From: Lepidodermella squamata
Lineage: Eukaryota > Animalia > Gastrotricha
Length of the DNA: 64,000 bases
NCBI GenBank assembly: GCA_047495785.1
Contig: JBLDXI010000029.1
Span: 992,001 to 1,056,000 of the forward strand
Reading direction: 5' to 3'
A model generated the notes under the pieces. It had not been told where the DNA came from. It was given only the letters and a program-made list of their open reading frames with translations, and ran no database searches. Position numbers and translations under genes: made by a program. The number at the start of each line of letters is the position of its first letter. Position 1 is the first letter of the stretch. Of this stretch, positions 37,001 through 49,391 are shown piece after piece.

Positions 37001-38667
37001 TCATACACGCAAGGTGAAGCGACTTTGTTGGACCATTTGCGAAATTTGAAGTCAGTCCTGCCGCAGTCTTGCCGGTTGCCTCGGCTCGATTTCGGCGGTC
37101 AGGCGTTGATAACTCGTTATGAAGCCGCCTTGAAAGATTTGATCGCCTGCCCGCAACATTTGGCAGTTTTCGGGTATCTTCGGGAGTTTGGTAATACCCT
37201 GATTGTCTGCATTCATCTCGAGCGTGCCATGAATTTCGAGGAGGTATTCGATTTGAAACAAGCCGGTTGCTTCAATAATATCCTACCCCGGCCGTTTGTT
37301 CCGGTTAAGGACGGCGAGTCGCGGAAGGACCACGATCTAGCTGTGAAAGCCGCGATGAGGCAACAGGAGTTGAAATATCGACCATGGCATGTTTTGGGCG
37401 TTGTAAAAGCGCATTGTTCGAAGGTAGAGGCGGATTTGGCTGAGCAGGCTGATGTCTTAACCCGAGAGCGGCTATGTTGTGGTCTATCGCTGTTCGACAC
37501 GGTGTTAGTCCGGGTCAGAAATTGCCTTCAAGACCCGTTCTTCCGCGGAAACGGCGCGCCTGGTTCGATTCTGCCGAGTGATGACATGTCGGAATTTCAC
37601 CGATTTTGGTCGTCGTTGGTTTTCGTCATGTGTATCCCGGCGCCGGGGTCGCAAGAAACTGTCGAGTCGCTGTTTGGTGACGGGCTAATTTGGGCGGGTT
37701 GTTCGATTATTTCTCTGCTAAACCAGCAGCGGCGGTTCAAGGCGTTGGATTTTTGCACGCGTATCCTGGCGGCAAATCGCTTGAATCCGCACTCGTCGAC
37801 GGGCGATGACGAGCCGGGCGTGAATAAATCGACGAAAACACTGACAGCTGGTATCAAGTTGGAGAAAATGATCGAAAGGTAAATGGAAATTCCATATTCC
37901 ATTATTTTTCATTTTATTTTCATCTACCTAATTGAATTAATTTGAGATTTTTTAACTTCGGAGGCTGAGATATTTCACATTTTCGGTTTCATTTAGCGAT
38001 GATAGAACGACGGATATAAAATGATATTTCATGGGGGAAATGTAGAAAATTAACCAATAATTTTGCTATTTACGTTGTAATTCACTAATTTATATCCGTC
38101 GAAAAAAACGAGTTGATCAAGTTTCTGAAGCCTGTCTATCTTAAAATCTGTGGTAATGTAATCCAGCGCTCCAAATTCTTAGCAATGACTGATTTTTCGC
38201 TAGGTTTAGTTTTACATTTTCATAATTTTCGAAAGTTGGTAGCATAATAGCATCGTCTTTATTTGGATTGAGATGAGATTTGAAGATGGATACAAGATTA
38301 GGATAGGCACATAGATTTTGCGAATTTTGACTTATAAATCTAAGTCTGAAGGGGGCTCACAGTTTTTGCAATTAATAAATCGAATTTTGTGATATTTCCC
38401 CTTATTTTTTAATTCGTAGGTAGGATTTTAGGGATATTTTAAATTTTAAATTCACAGAGCTATTCAATATTTATTAAGTTAACTGTAATTTTCTTGTATT
38501 TCAGAATCCGATCCTATCTGCGAATTCACGACGAAGTTTTCTCTGTGTTCGACACGCATTTGACGCGGCTAAACGGCGGCGGCCCAACCGGCGGACCCGA
38601 GTCATCGATCGCCCAGGTCGAGTTCATCCCGCCTCCAGTATGGAACCCGCAGTCGCAAGATTTCTGA
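34022..38667 (+). CDS. CYFIP: Cytoplasmic FMR1-interacting protein (Sra-1/PIR121; WAVE complex)
   Basis: MSEQVTLEDA, LYTWRAVSRGIPQ|VKSNDDPNR, LDELKRIKSSIKNDHAAYRR, YERATKYNFS, LWFREYFLELT, QYLYDEIEAEVNL, LTRERLCCGLSLF, EFHRFWS. Exons 34022-34306, 34358-37878, 38505-38667. Confidence 0.97.
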
Positions 38668-39101
38668 TCATCAAAAGAATAAACGAAATCGCGATTTTTG
38701 TTAATAATTTTGTTCGTGTTCGCTTTGTGACGTCGCAGCTTTTGTAACACAAGACAAATTATATCAGCTTTTCAAGTCGCTTCATTACTTCTCATTAGTA
38801 TTACCGCTATTACGTTTCCGGTAAATTCCACTCGTCCAGTGCTTTGTATAACTCGAAAATCGGCTCAAAATCTACGCATTGAAATTTCCAATTACGTGCT
38901 TGATGCTTGCAATTTTTTCGTCTTCCGTCTCTTTTTTTCATCTCATATTGTAATTTTGCTGTCTCGAAGACACCAAATAACGTTTATGTAGTAAAAATTA
39001 TTGCCAATTTATACGATAAATAAATTGACATTTTATTAATACATTTTTCAATTTTTCAATTAGAAAATATTTAACCCCAATTTTGTTGTGTGCTCGCGTG
39101 A

Positions 39102-40585
39102 ATGAACTGCCAACCCGGCGGTTCCTGCCCCATGCCGGGTCCCTCATCCGGACCCGGCCAAGCCAGCCCGGCCGTCCCACCTCGACCTAACAATAATAGC
39201 AACGCATATCGAACTTCCTACCCTCCAATGGGCTACGGAGCTAACTCGTATTACGGCTCAGTTATGTCGCCATATTCGTCTGGCTACGGCGGGTATGGCG
39301 CCATGGGTGGCTATGGCGGCTATGGGACCGGTGCAACAGGTGGTTCTGACATCGAGGCGTCGTGGCGGCAGACGTTCGGCTCGTTGGAATCGGTGATTCG
39401 AACGTGTTCGTCCATCACTATGATGCTGGACTCGACGTACTTCGCGGTTTATAACTGCTTTCGAACGGTTGTTGGCCTCGGTGAACATTTCAGTGACGTT
39501 AAGGTACGTACGCTTTGCTTCCCTAAAATTCACTATTTTCGTTAAAGTTGATGATCTAAGGTTGAGAAATTGATATAAAAATAGCTAAAAATTAGCAAGA
39601 GTTGATTCAACCATTTGAATTATTAAGCCCAAATTTCTTCTCGGAAAGTTTACACAAGAGATCAATGAGCCGGAAAGAATCGATAATTGTCGAAGATTGC
39701 GATATCGATCGATTGAACTCTTGGCCCGCCTATTCTCCGGATCCAAACTCGCTTGAAAAAGTTTGGGCCACTGTAAAGCGACGATCGAACGATCGTTTTT
39801 CTGCCCCGAGTTATAATTGACCATTGACCGATATGATTTTTATAGCTCGAATGAAAATTTAGAAAGCCATAGATATTCTGATGTTACGAATTTAAAGCTA
39901 ATTATTTTGTCTACAAAATTGCCATAATATTTCGTTTGTTTAGGCTCAATTCGCTCGCATTCTAAACATGTTCCCGTTCGTGCGGTGGGCGCTTCGCCTC
40001 ATCCGTTTCCTTCTCCGAATTGTTGGATTGAGCCATTTGATGCCGGCTCACATCGCCTCGCTGGAGCACATGGACCCGAGCAACGAACCAACACAATCCG
40101 CCTTCCTCGAAGCCTGGGCATCGACCGGTTCATCCGCCCCAGCGCCACCCATCGCTGAGCCCAACTCGCCTAGCGGCATTTGGTCTCTCGCGTATTTTTG
40201 CATAGTCTTCGGTTTGCCGTGGGTGCTGTGGCGGCTCATGTCGATGACGGTGCAGCGCAGTGTGGCGCAACGCCAGTGGTTTCAAGCGCCGCACCCCGTC
40301 GCGCTCGCCCAGTTCGACTTCCAGTCGGACCGGTCCGATGAATTGTCATTCCTGCGCGGCGCCAAGGTGCACCTGGCGCCGTTGGAACAGCAGCCGCAGC
40401 CGCGGTCTGGCTGGTTGTTGGCCACCGTTGACGGCAAACGGTTTGGCATGGTGCCGAAAAATTACCTAGCGCCGCCGACGCTGAGTGGCAATCAACAGGT
40501 GGCTGCGGCGGCGGCTGCTTTGAACAAAGATTCCAGTAGTGTACCGTCGGGGCCGTCTCTCGGCGATTTCACCAACGATGCATGA
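39102..40585 (+). CDS. PEX13: Peroxisomal membrane protein PEX13
   Basis: PPRP and YG-rich N-terminus; TFGSLESVIRTCSSITMMLDSTYFAVYNCFRTVVGLGEHF; TM segment; C-terminal SH3 (ALAQFDF...ELSFLRG...GWLLA...GMVPKNY). Exons 39102-39503 and 39944-40585. Confidence 0.95.
39690..39790 (+). mobile_element. Tc1-like transposase fragment in PEX13 intron
   Basis: WPAYSPDPNSLEKVWATVKRR matches the Tc1 DD34E motif WPxxSPDLNPIENxW. Confidence 0.75.
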
Positions 40586-41269
40586 AATTTTAGGCTGTTA
40601 TTTTAAGACTCGTCTTGAACTTTGATTCGTTGCTCTTAACTCAATAAAATATGATAATTTTTGACGTATTTCGTGTGGTGTTGAGAATCCCGTGAGAAAT
40701 CATTGGTGGGGGAACCTTTAAAATGGCGAACCAATACCTATGTTGAAAATGCACACGGATAACGGATAGATCCTGCTGCGCCTCCGCGAGAATTCGGGAC
40801 TGTAAAATCCGGAAGTGAGCTGTTTCCATCATGGCCTTGCGTTATACCATAAAATGTACAAAGGTTGTGTTTATGCTTTATGCCATCTTTTCGACTTTCT
40901 TCGAAATATGGACAAATCCTCTTAGTTACTGCTCAATTCGTTTTTTTTTGTTTTTCAAAGTTTTTTTCGTTTATTATTCGAGGGAGGCAATTATTGAGCT
41001 GGAACGTCACATCAACACTTTAATCAAGCCCTGAGTGATATAATCAACATCCAGGCTGGCCTGGAAGGCTTTCCAGGTTGGCCTACCTCCTAAAGCTTTC
41101 AAGCAGTAGTCATTCCGCAGTCGGAAAAGCTATCCCTGGTCATTTCAGGCCACTAGAAAATTCTAAAATTCGGTTCCGTTAACAGCATATTTAGTTCCGA
41201 TACAGCAAATTTGGTTCCGGTAACAGGAAGACCCTTTTCCAGGCTTCAACCTGTTTTTTCCGCCGTAAG

Positions 41270-41387
41270 GCTACTATTCAAGGCGGGCTATTATTAACCT
41301 TCGGACCCAATATTTAAGTGCATTTTTGGGGCTATTATTCGAGGGGGTTATTATTGGAGATAGGATACTATTCGAAGAAATACGGTA
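41270..41387. mobile_element. Right end of a TcMar-like non-autonomous element
   Basis: Repeated ggg-ctattattcga motifs ending in tattcgaagaaatacgg|TA; matching left TIR not found. Confidence 0.45.
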
Positions 41388-42000
41388 ATGCCAAGTAGTA
41401 TCTCCATCCAAAATCGAAATTGAGATTTCAGAAATTCCTAGCTCTGTTTTTCCATACAGGTCTGACGAAAACCGCATCTGAAAATTCGCCAGGGATCAGA
41501 AGTAATATATACACTTGGAATTTTCTCGAGTTTTCCACAACATAGAAAAGTAATATCTGCATGGCACAAGTACGAACAGAGCCTCAAAAGTAATAGGGTA
41601 ATGTGCCCTAATGTGTCATAATTTCGCTTACTTTTTTTCGCGGCCCGATATCTACTCACCGGATGGGTGCCGGTCCGATTTTTTTTTGACAGGGACCTCA
41701 CTTCAGGTCTTCAGATGTCTTCCAGCACTCATCCAGCACCATCCTGTCCACAATCATTCCCGAGTGCTGGACCGAAAGAATATCAGTCTTTACGGCATAA
41801 TATCATTTATAGCTATCGTATGCGCATATTATCTCAACGGGAAACGAGAAGAACGAGGTGAATTCTCTCCTTCTCGCATTTTCGTTATCTCTTCGCCCCT
41901 GCAGAGTTGCTTCAGCAATTTGATGCCAGCTCCACCCGCGACACGGCATATAAATAAAAAGCCAACTCGTATCACCCCGTCAGTTTTCTGTCTTGAACGC

Positions 42001-45000
42001 ATGGCGCATGAGTACAGGCTATCAGGTAACAAGTTCAAATCAGCCCGCGAGTTCAGTGCGTGGAAGGTGCTAGGCCGTGGTGCCTTTGGCACGGTTTACT
42101 TGTGCAGAAGGGAATCAACTTATGAAAACTATGTTGTCAAAGAGGTTAACCTGACTCGATTGGAAGAAGTCTTCGGAGAAGATGATCGAGCTAGAAAGAT
42201 AGTCAAAAGCAGCGCCGACGAGGTAAGATGTCCAGTAATTCTTGAGGAGTGAAAACAGATTATTCGCGCTGTGAAGCACTCCAAGTTGGAAAAACTACGG
42301 CATCCTAACATTGTGTTGTTGTATGGGGCCTTTCGGGGTAAATAAACCAGTTTGGCGCTGGTACTATAATCTAAAATTTGTGTGTATAATTTAGAGCAAT
42401 ACTGTGGAGAAGAGAGCGCGAAGCAGGGTTGCCAGATGTACTACCTGGCCATGGAACACTGCGAGGGCGGGGATTTAGACAGTCGAATTGGAGTTGGTTA
42501 CGAAAAGATCCGCGAAGTCCAGCTGCAATCCTGGGCCCGACAGCTAGCATCTGCGCTCAAGTTACTGCACGAAAACGGCATCGTTCACCGAGACATCAAA
42601 CCGACAAACATATTTTTGAGTCGTGATGGGCAAACGGTCAAACTCGGAGACTTTGGAATCGCCAAAGACTTGAATGAGTAAATAATTGAATGAATCTACA
42701 CTTGCATTCTATGATCTATTAACAGGACTGTGACGACAAAAAGGTCACTGGCTGTTGCAACTTGGGATTATGCAGCACCAGATTACATCAATACTAATAA
42801 TTATCTGCCGCCGTGTGATGTGTGGTCGTTCGGCGTAACTCTGTATGAACTGGCGAATTTCGTGAGACCGGTAAGAGCGATTGAAAAGTGACATTCTATC
42901 GTCATCTACTTGATTTCAATTCAGTTCATCGGAGGAAATCACGGCGTTGTTTGTGCTAACATTCTCATGTAAGTCAAGGGCCCAAGCCTCCCAGTTTATT
43001 TATCTGACTGCGTAATAATATTTGAACGCGCATCTTTTAACCATAAACATAGTCCGAACCCCTATAAGTCATCTCGCAAAATTATGCAATATGCAAATGT
43101 ATGGCACGATTGAGAGGAATTTGTGAGCTTACTTACAGGGGTTCGGACTCTTTATGGTTTAAAGATGAGCCCGGGGAATCTTATGGTCAAGGAATAACAT
43201 TTGTCGAACATTTTTATGCACATTTAGGTAACCTTACCTTATGTTTGACGTGGAATAAGATGTTGTCATACATTTATAATACATTTATGATCCGATCAAG
43301 CCAACTCTTCGTTATGGCATTTCAAAGCCATGTTTCAAGGCGATAAAAATTTTGCGCGACAGGTTTCATGATGGCGGCTGCCCATAGCGGAATCGCATAT
43401 AAGTATTTGTATGGTATAATATGAGTAAAGAGTTCATTTCTGAACGGAGCCGACCGAGATTTACGAATCGAAACGAGCCGGAGGCGAGTTGAGATGAGTA
43501 AATCGAGTGCGGCGAGTTCAGATATAAACGATTTAGGTACGAATGTTATACCGTAAAATATCGAATTGGCCAAGCTACTCGACCTATATTTTTGAGGACA
43601 ATTCTATATTTGCCTGATATAGCACGAGTAAAGAGTCTATATCTGAACGGAGCCGGCCGAGATTTACGAATCGGAACGAGTCGAAGACGAGAGGAGATGA
43701 GTAAATCGAGTACGGCGAGTTCAGATATCGACGATTTACGAGTGCTGTATCAAAAAATATTGCATGAGCACATCTACAAACACTATATTTTTGAAACGAA
43801 TGCTATATTTAAAATTTAAAACCTGCTTGAGATTATGTAAAAATTTCAGAGTCTCAGAAATAATTGCGGCTTCAATAACTGGGTGAAAATGTTTCATTTG
43901 AACTATGAATTTGTCGTCGATCGATTTCGGACGCTATTCGTAAAGCAGCCATTTCCTCATTTTCCTCACGTTACCCCGCTTTTGCCTCCCAGAAAACCAC
44001 CGCGTCCATTCGACGATTCTCGAGGCTACTCAGCTGAATGCCGCGACTTCATCATGTCGCTGTTGGAAAAGGATAGCAGTGGCCGGCCGACCATCAATCA
44101 AGCGCTGAATCACTCATTTTTACGCCGTGATATTGCTGACGTAAGCCCACAACAAGCCAACCCGCCAATCAGTCCTCGATCAATAAAGCCCAATAGATGG
44201 ACAGCGGATTTTTCGAGGCCCAAATCGCAAGAGAACGTTAGACAGCAGTCTGCGAGCCCGGTAGATATTTCAAAGGCTGTCAAGTTCTTCATTTTATGAT
44301 TTATTCCGAATTCAGGTTGTCGATCTCCCCAAAACCAAAGAGAACGCTATCAAGGTTGCTATCTTCATAAATAAGCATCATTTATATATTTCAGGTTTTC
44401 GATGTGATGATTTAAACAGGAATTCATGAGATGCGCAATTGAAAATGATGCAGCGAGAATGTCACAACTGCTGCTATACAAGGACCTATTGGGGCTGGAT
44501 GTTAACGGCAAATATTGGGACAATGAAGGAACTGCACTTCACGCTACAGCAAGAGAAGGCCATGTTGAAATGATTGAACTGCTGGCGGGCAAGTTCACAG
44601 CCAACGTCAACGCGGCAGATAAGTATGGCGTGACGCCATTGCACATGGCCACCTGTAATGGCTATGTTGAAGTCGTGGAACTCCTTGCGGGCAAGTTCAA
44701 AGCCAACGTCAACGCGGCAAATAAGTATGGCGTGACGCCATTGCATTGGGCCGCCGAAAATTGCGAAGCTGACATCGCGGAACTGCTGGCGGGCAAGTTC
44801 AAAGCCGACGTCAACGCGGCAGATCAGTTTGGCGATACACCACTGATGAGAGCTGCATATCGGACCCACACGTCTATTGTTGATATTCTTGTCAACAAAT
44901 GCAAAGCCAAGGCAAGCTTGAAGAACACGGACGGACAAACTGCACTGGATTTGGCTAAAACCCCCTTTTCGAAATCCAAGAACAATTCTAGCGAACAACG

Positions 45001-45028
45001 ACTAATTATCCAAATGCTCACTGTTTAG
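42001..45028 (+). CDS. NEK-like Ser/Thr kinase fused to C-terminal ankyrin repeats
   Basis: [87 protein letters not shown], then ~4-5 ankyrin repeats. Exons 42001(or 41923)-42222, 42259-42337, 42395-42677, 42726-42870, 42925-42968, 43993-44260, 44316-44354, 44420-45028. Confidence 0.85.
43039..43160. mobile_element. ~120-bp MITE in kinase intron
   Basis: Inverted repeats aaccataaacatagtccgaacccctataagt vs acttacaggggttcggactctttatggtt. Confidence 0.75.
43423..43738 (+). repeat. Two ~113-bp diverged direct repeats (period ~203 bp) in kinase intron
   Basis: gagtaaagag...ctgaacggagccg.ccgagatttacgaatcg.aacgag.cg.ag.cgag..gagatgagtaaatcgagt.cggcgagttcagatat..acgattta at 43423-43535 and 43626-43738. 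Confidence 0.85.
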
Positions 45029-45292
45029 TATATCGCTTGTGTTACCTACAACCTGGATAACTTGATACGTTAAATATCTGCGTATCGATTCTAGAATTAG
45101 TTTAGCCCTGATGATGATGCTCTTGCATCTTAAACGTCGGCGATCATTTTCAATCAATAAAAATTCAGCGTGGTGATCCCAAACGGACTTCTATCACATA
45201 GATGTGTCTTGACTGAAGGTATTGGATTTTTCTAGACCATGAGGCTTTCGATGGCTTGCAAATAGTCTTCTATACCTTACTATACCGACGTA

Positions 45293-45535
45293 CTGGCTGG
45301 TTGTTGGCCACCGTTGACGGCAAACGGTTTGGCATGGTGCCGAAAAATTACCTAGCGCCGCCGACGCTGAGTGGCAATCAACAGGTGGCTGTGGCGGCGG
45401 CTGCGTTGAACAAAGATTCCAGTAGTGTACCGTCGGGGCCGTCTCTCGGCGATTTCACCAACGATGCATGACATTTTTGGCTGTTATTTTAAGAACTCAA
45501 TAAAATATGATAATTTTTGAATCCCGTGATAAATC
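45293..45535 (+). pseudogene. Duplicated 3' fragment of PEX13 (half SH3, stop, 3'UTR)
   Basis: Near-identical to 40407-40701: 2 substitutions in the coding part and two short deletions in the UTR; no upstream exons. Confidence 0.93.
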
Positions 45536-45645
45536 CGACTTCAGACTTTTTATTGAGCTGCCATCTTTCTGGGTTCGGGGCTTCGAGATTTGAAAATTGG
45601 TTCATCTTGATAGCAGTGGCGGATTTCCATTAGGCAAACAATGCA

Positions 45646-45674
45646 ATTTATTTATTTATTTATTTATTTATTTA
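45646..45674 (+). repeat. (ATTT)n microsatellite
   Basis: atttatttatttatttatttattatttaa. Confidence 0.85.
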
Positions 45675-48226
45675 AAATTGTCTTGCTGGCACCGCAGTAG
45701 CGATTACAGCAAATGGTAATACAAAGCAAAATTGATAGTTGGATAGTATTAAAATATATCAACGGCGCCTCACTGACGAGGTGTGATCCGAAGAGGTGGG
45801 TAGTGTAGTAGAATCGGATTGTTCCAAAAAAACAGGATGAAGAAGAACCACACATTTGCCATTATCATAGGACAGGCAGAAACCGCACAAAGGAATTTTG
45901 CTGCCGTAGGATATTTTTATGGGAGAAAAGTAAGGATTCACACCCGAATTCGATGAAATTTTTAGGGTGAATATTTTTCATGAAATGATCGAGGCAAAGA
46001 AGAGCAGAAAAATTACTTCTACAAGAACAGGCTGCGAATACTGTTTTACCACAGTAGCATTCTGATTTCTCGAACGACAGGTTTTTTGAGGATCCACAGG
46101 AAGCGCATAACCCGCCAGCCAGCCCAGGCTTGCCACAACATTCACATGGGAGAGAAGACGTGAGCGATGACCTGCGTCCTCCAAGCAATTAGAGCTTTCC
46201 GATCGACCTGCGACGAGATCGGCTCGAAATTCCTTTCCGATTGCCTTTGAGCCCCGCGATTTTTGGAAAATCAGATAAAAATCTGAAGGGGGGCGCCACA
46301 TTTTCTGACTCTCGTGGAGGAATTCCCCCGTGTGACGCTTTTGATTTGTGAAACCACCTTTATGGATTCATTTTTCTGCCTTCGTTGACGCTTTTGAACC
46401 GAAATTTCAATTGTAACAAACAATTATAGAGGCCCTTCGAAAATGGAGATTGCCGAGGGCTGAAAGTGAGACGTAGCCATTCTGATCAAGTGGGTGTTTA
46501 TGCTTAACTTCATGAAATACCGACAAATCCTCGTATCTTGGCTCACGTTGTTGTGATGAAGCCATTTGAAGAACCGAGGGGCTCTCAAGCAATTTTCACA
46601 CTTTCGCCAGTTTTTTTGTGAGATGACGAAGTTGAAAAACGACGAAAAAAACACTTTAAACCTAGCTATTCATGCCCCGTGACCATGCGGACTTTGATCC
46701 TGAAATACGGAAGCATAATGCCCGCTTGTTGCACGGATCTGCGAGTATAAAGTTGAACAACCTACGTCAGATGCGAAGAACAATATCGGCCATAACACGT
46801 TATGTTGTTTACCCCCTATAGCGCGACACGAATTGCCGGTGGTTTAGCATCTACGGGAGTCACGAATGGTCTCTGGTGTAGCTTTCAAGAGCCTAGAACT
46901 CCATAACATGTATTGACGCCAAGACTAAGTAATCGCTGTACTGTTTCTTCAAACTTTCCTAATATATTTCATTCTCCTGCAAGACCAGCAATGGAGCCTG
47001 CCAGTTCGAAAGAACGTAATTTGAACTCTGAACCATGAAAATTACTGCATAATTGTAGCTTTGCAGGCCTGTACACCCTGGAAGAAGCACAGAAAGTCTT
47101 TGAGCAAAAGCAAAATTCGACGGTGAAAAGATCAATTTCTACTAGCCAGCCGCGTGACAACGCCGGCCGTTTTTCTTCCACCAGTGGAAGCCCACGCAAG
47201 CACGAGCCATGTTATCGCTTGCAATGTAAGCTGTGCTTGGAAACGTTTAGTCAACGCGGCCACCTAGAGAAGCACCTGATGAAAGTTTGCAAGAAAAGGA
47301 CTGACAAACAACTGTCTTCGGACGATATTAACAAACTTATTCTATGGGCTAAAGATAATGTCGCGGATTTGAAGAATTTGAAGAGACACCAGATAAATAG
47401 CCATGTGATCAGTAGAATTGAAAGCATAATGCCACGCCGGTATCCCATCCAGGAGCCATCATATCCACTCGTCATGGACCTCCGCTCGCCAGAAAAGAAA
47501 GGGACGAGTTCTGATGATACGAGAAAGTGAATAAAAGCTTGAAAGCTTATGTGCTAAAGGTGCATAACATCATCTTGGGTCGATATATTCGTTTCGGTTC
47601 CAGCAATCGAAAATTGTTTGCTCAAAATATCTTACGTTTGAAACTGAGTAATGCTCATACTTCACCTGATTGGAAAAACGATCTGGCCTTATCTTATATG
47701 TGCTGTGAAAAAGAAAAAGCTTATTTTTGTGTCATTGAAAACGCTGATTCAAGTGTAATTCTTGAGGTTCCTGACCTTTCTGAAAGGTTCCACTGACTTC
47801 ATCACCTAAAAATACACCCACTTATTGAATCGTTTTCAACAACCAGCCTTACTCAGTTTCAAAGTTTGATTATTTTGAGCACAAAATGTTCGTCTATCCG
47901 CTACTGGAGCCAAGACTGGAACCCCTTCCGATTAGGTACGAGTCGACAAAAACGCGTACTTATTTAAGAAAGAATATCCTCTCCGCATAATTTTTGTATA
48001 AACTTTCAAATTAACTGCTGTTTTATCGCGACTCTTGGCGAGCAATTTGATGGATAATATCTCAAATGAACAGCGCATGATTTATTATCCTTAACTCGTC
48101 TAAATTGTAATGCTGAAGTGAGATTTTTCGCATATCGCCTCCTAATTATTGTCTGATGATGGAATATCATTAATTTGGTACCAACAAGAATTAATTGAAC
48201 TGCGCGATATGAAATGAATCTTCGGG

Positions 48227-48234
48227 TATATAAA
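48227..48234 (+). promoter_or_regulatory. TATA box of cationic protein gene B
   Basis: gggTATATAAAttg about 85 nt upstream of ATG 48317. Confidence 0.6.
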
Positions 48235-48316
48235 TTGTTGGTATTCAGTCGATGAAATCATCAAGTTTCATTTCTTCTTCATTTTTCCTAACTCGGCAAT
48301 CGATCTATTCACCAAA

Positions 48317-48793
48317 ATGCGCGCTATTCTCGCCATCGCTGCTGTTGTCCTGCTTGGACTTGGTAATTGCTAAACGCCTTTCAGTTTTTTCTCATTTTTT
48401 TTAATCTTATTCTCATTCTCCCCAGCCTATTCCGAGGCTAAGGTGTGGAATGTCGAGTCGAAGGAGATGCACCGCAACTACCACAAGAGCGTCAGTACTT
48501 CAGCGAGCCGCTCGTTTGAGAATAAGAAGGCTTTCCGCAAAGGACGTGCCTTCCCGATGAAGAAGCGCCACGGCAAGAAGTTCGGCCGCAAGATGAACAA
48601 ACGCCGCGGCTCCTACTCGAAATCGGTCTCCGTTTCTGTCTCGTTCTCTGGCAACAAGCGCAACTACGGCGGCCGCAAGTTCGGCCGTCATGGCAAGAAT
48701 TTCGGCAAGAAGTTCGGCTACAACTTCGGAAAGGGCAAGGGCAACAAGAAGGGCTCCTACTCCTACAGCAAGTCGGTCAGCGCTTCAAATTAA
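48317..48793 (+). CDS. Secreted cationic (Ser-X)n block protein, paralog B (137 aa)
   Basis: Signal peptide MRAILAIAAVVLLGLAYSEA; phase-1 intron 48363-48425 at the same position as in paralog A; shares NKRRGSYSKSVS(V/A)SVS; AATAAA downstream. Confidence 0.87.
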
Positions 48794-49391
48794 ATGACGC
48801 AAAATAATTATTCCTGATAAATATTTATTTTTCGAATAATTTATGGTAAATAAATGGCACGAGATGTATTATCGATGGTTCCTTTTTTCACGGTCAATTT
48901 TTTTGAAATCTAGGTGGCGATGAATCGATAATTCAAAGTGCTACGAGCGGATGTTTTAGCCGCCTTTTTCATTTGACCTCGCCCAGTATCGACAGGTGCC
49001 ACTCAGAAAAAAAACTCGTCCAGGCACGCGACAACATTTCAATCAACCTTTTTATTTATTTCCGATGCCTTTTCAATGGACATTTCAGCAAAAAATCGTG
49101 ATGATAAATTTAAATATGCGTAATAACTATCGATTTGAATAGCTCAACAAATTCTATCACTCGCGATACAAAGCCGGTAATAAATAACACGAAAGAACAC
49201 CACTACATCTGATCATATACATGGAACAATAACACAGACAGCAAGTTTTGAAAGGAAAAAATCGCAACAAATTTTTTCGACAATTTTTCTATGATTTTCG
49301 AGCAAATAATTTTGTTGTTTGCACGTATCAAAATTGTGAATGACGTTATATTCGACAAATTGGACCGTATTTTTCTATAATTTGTTGATTT

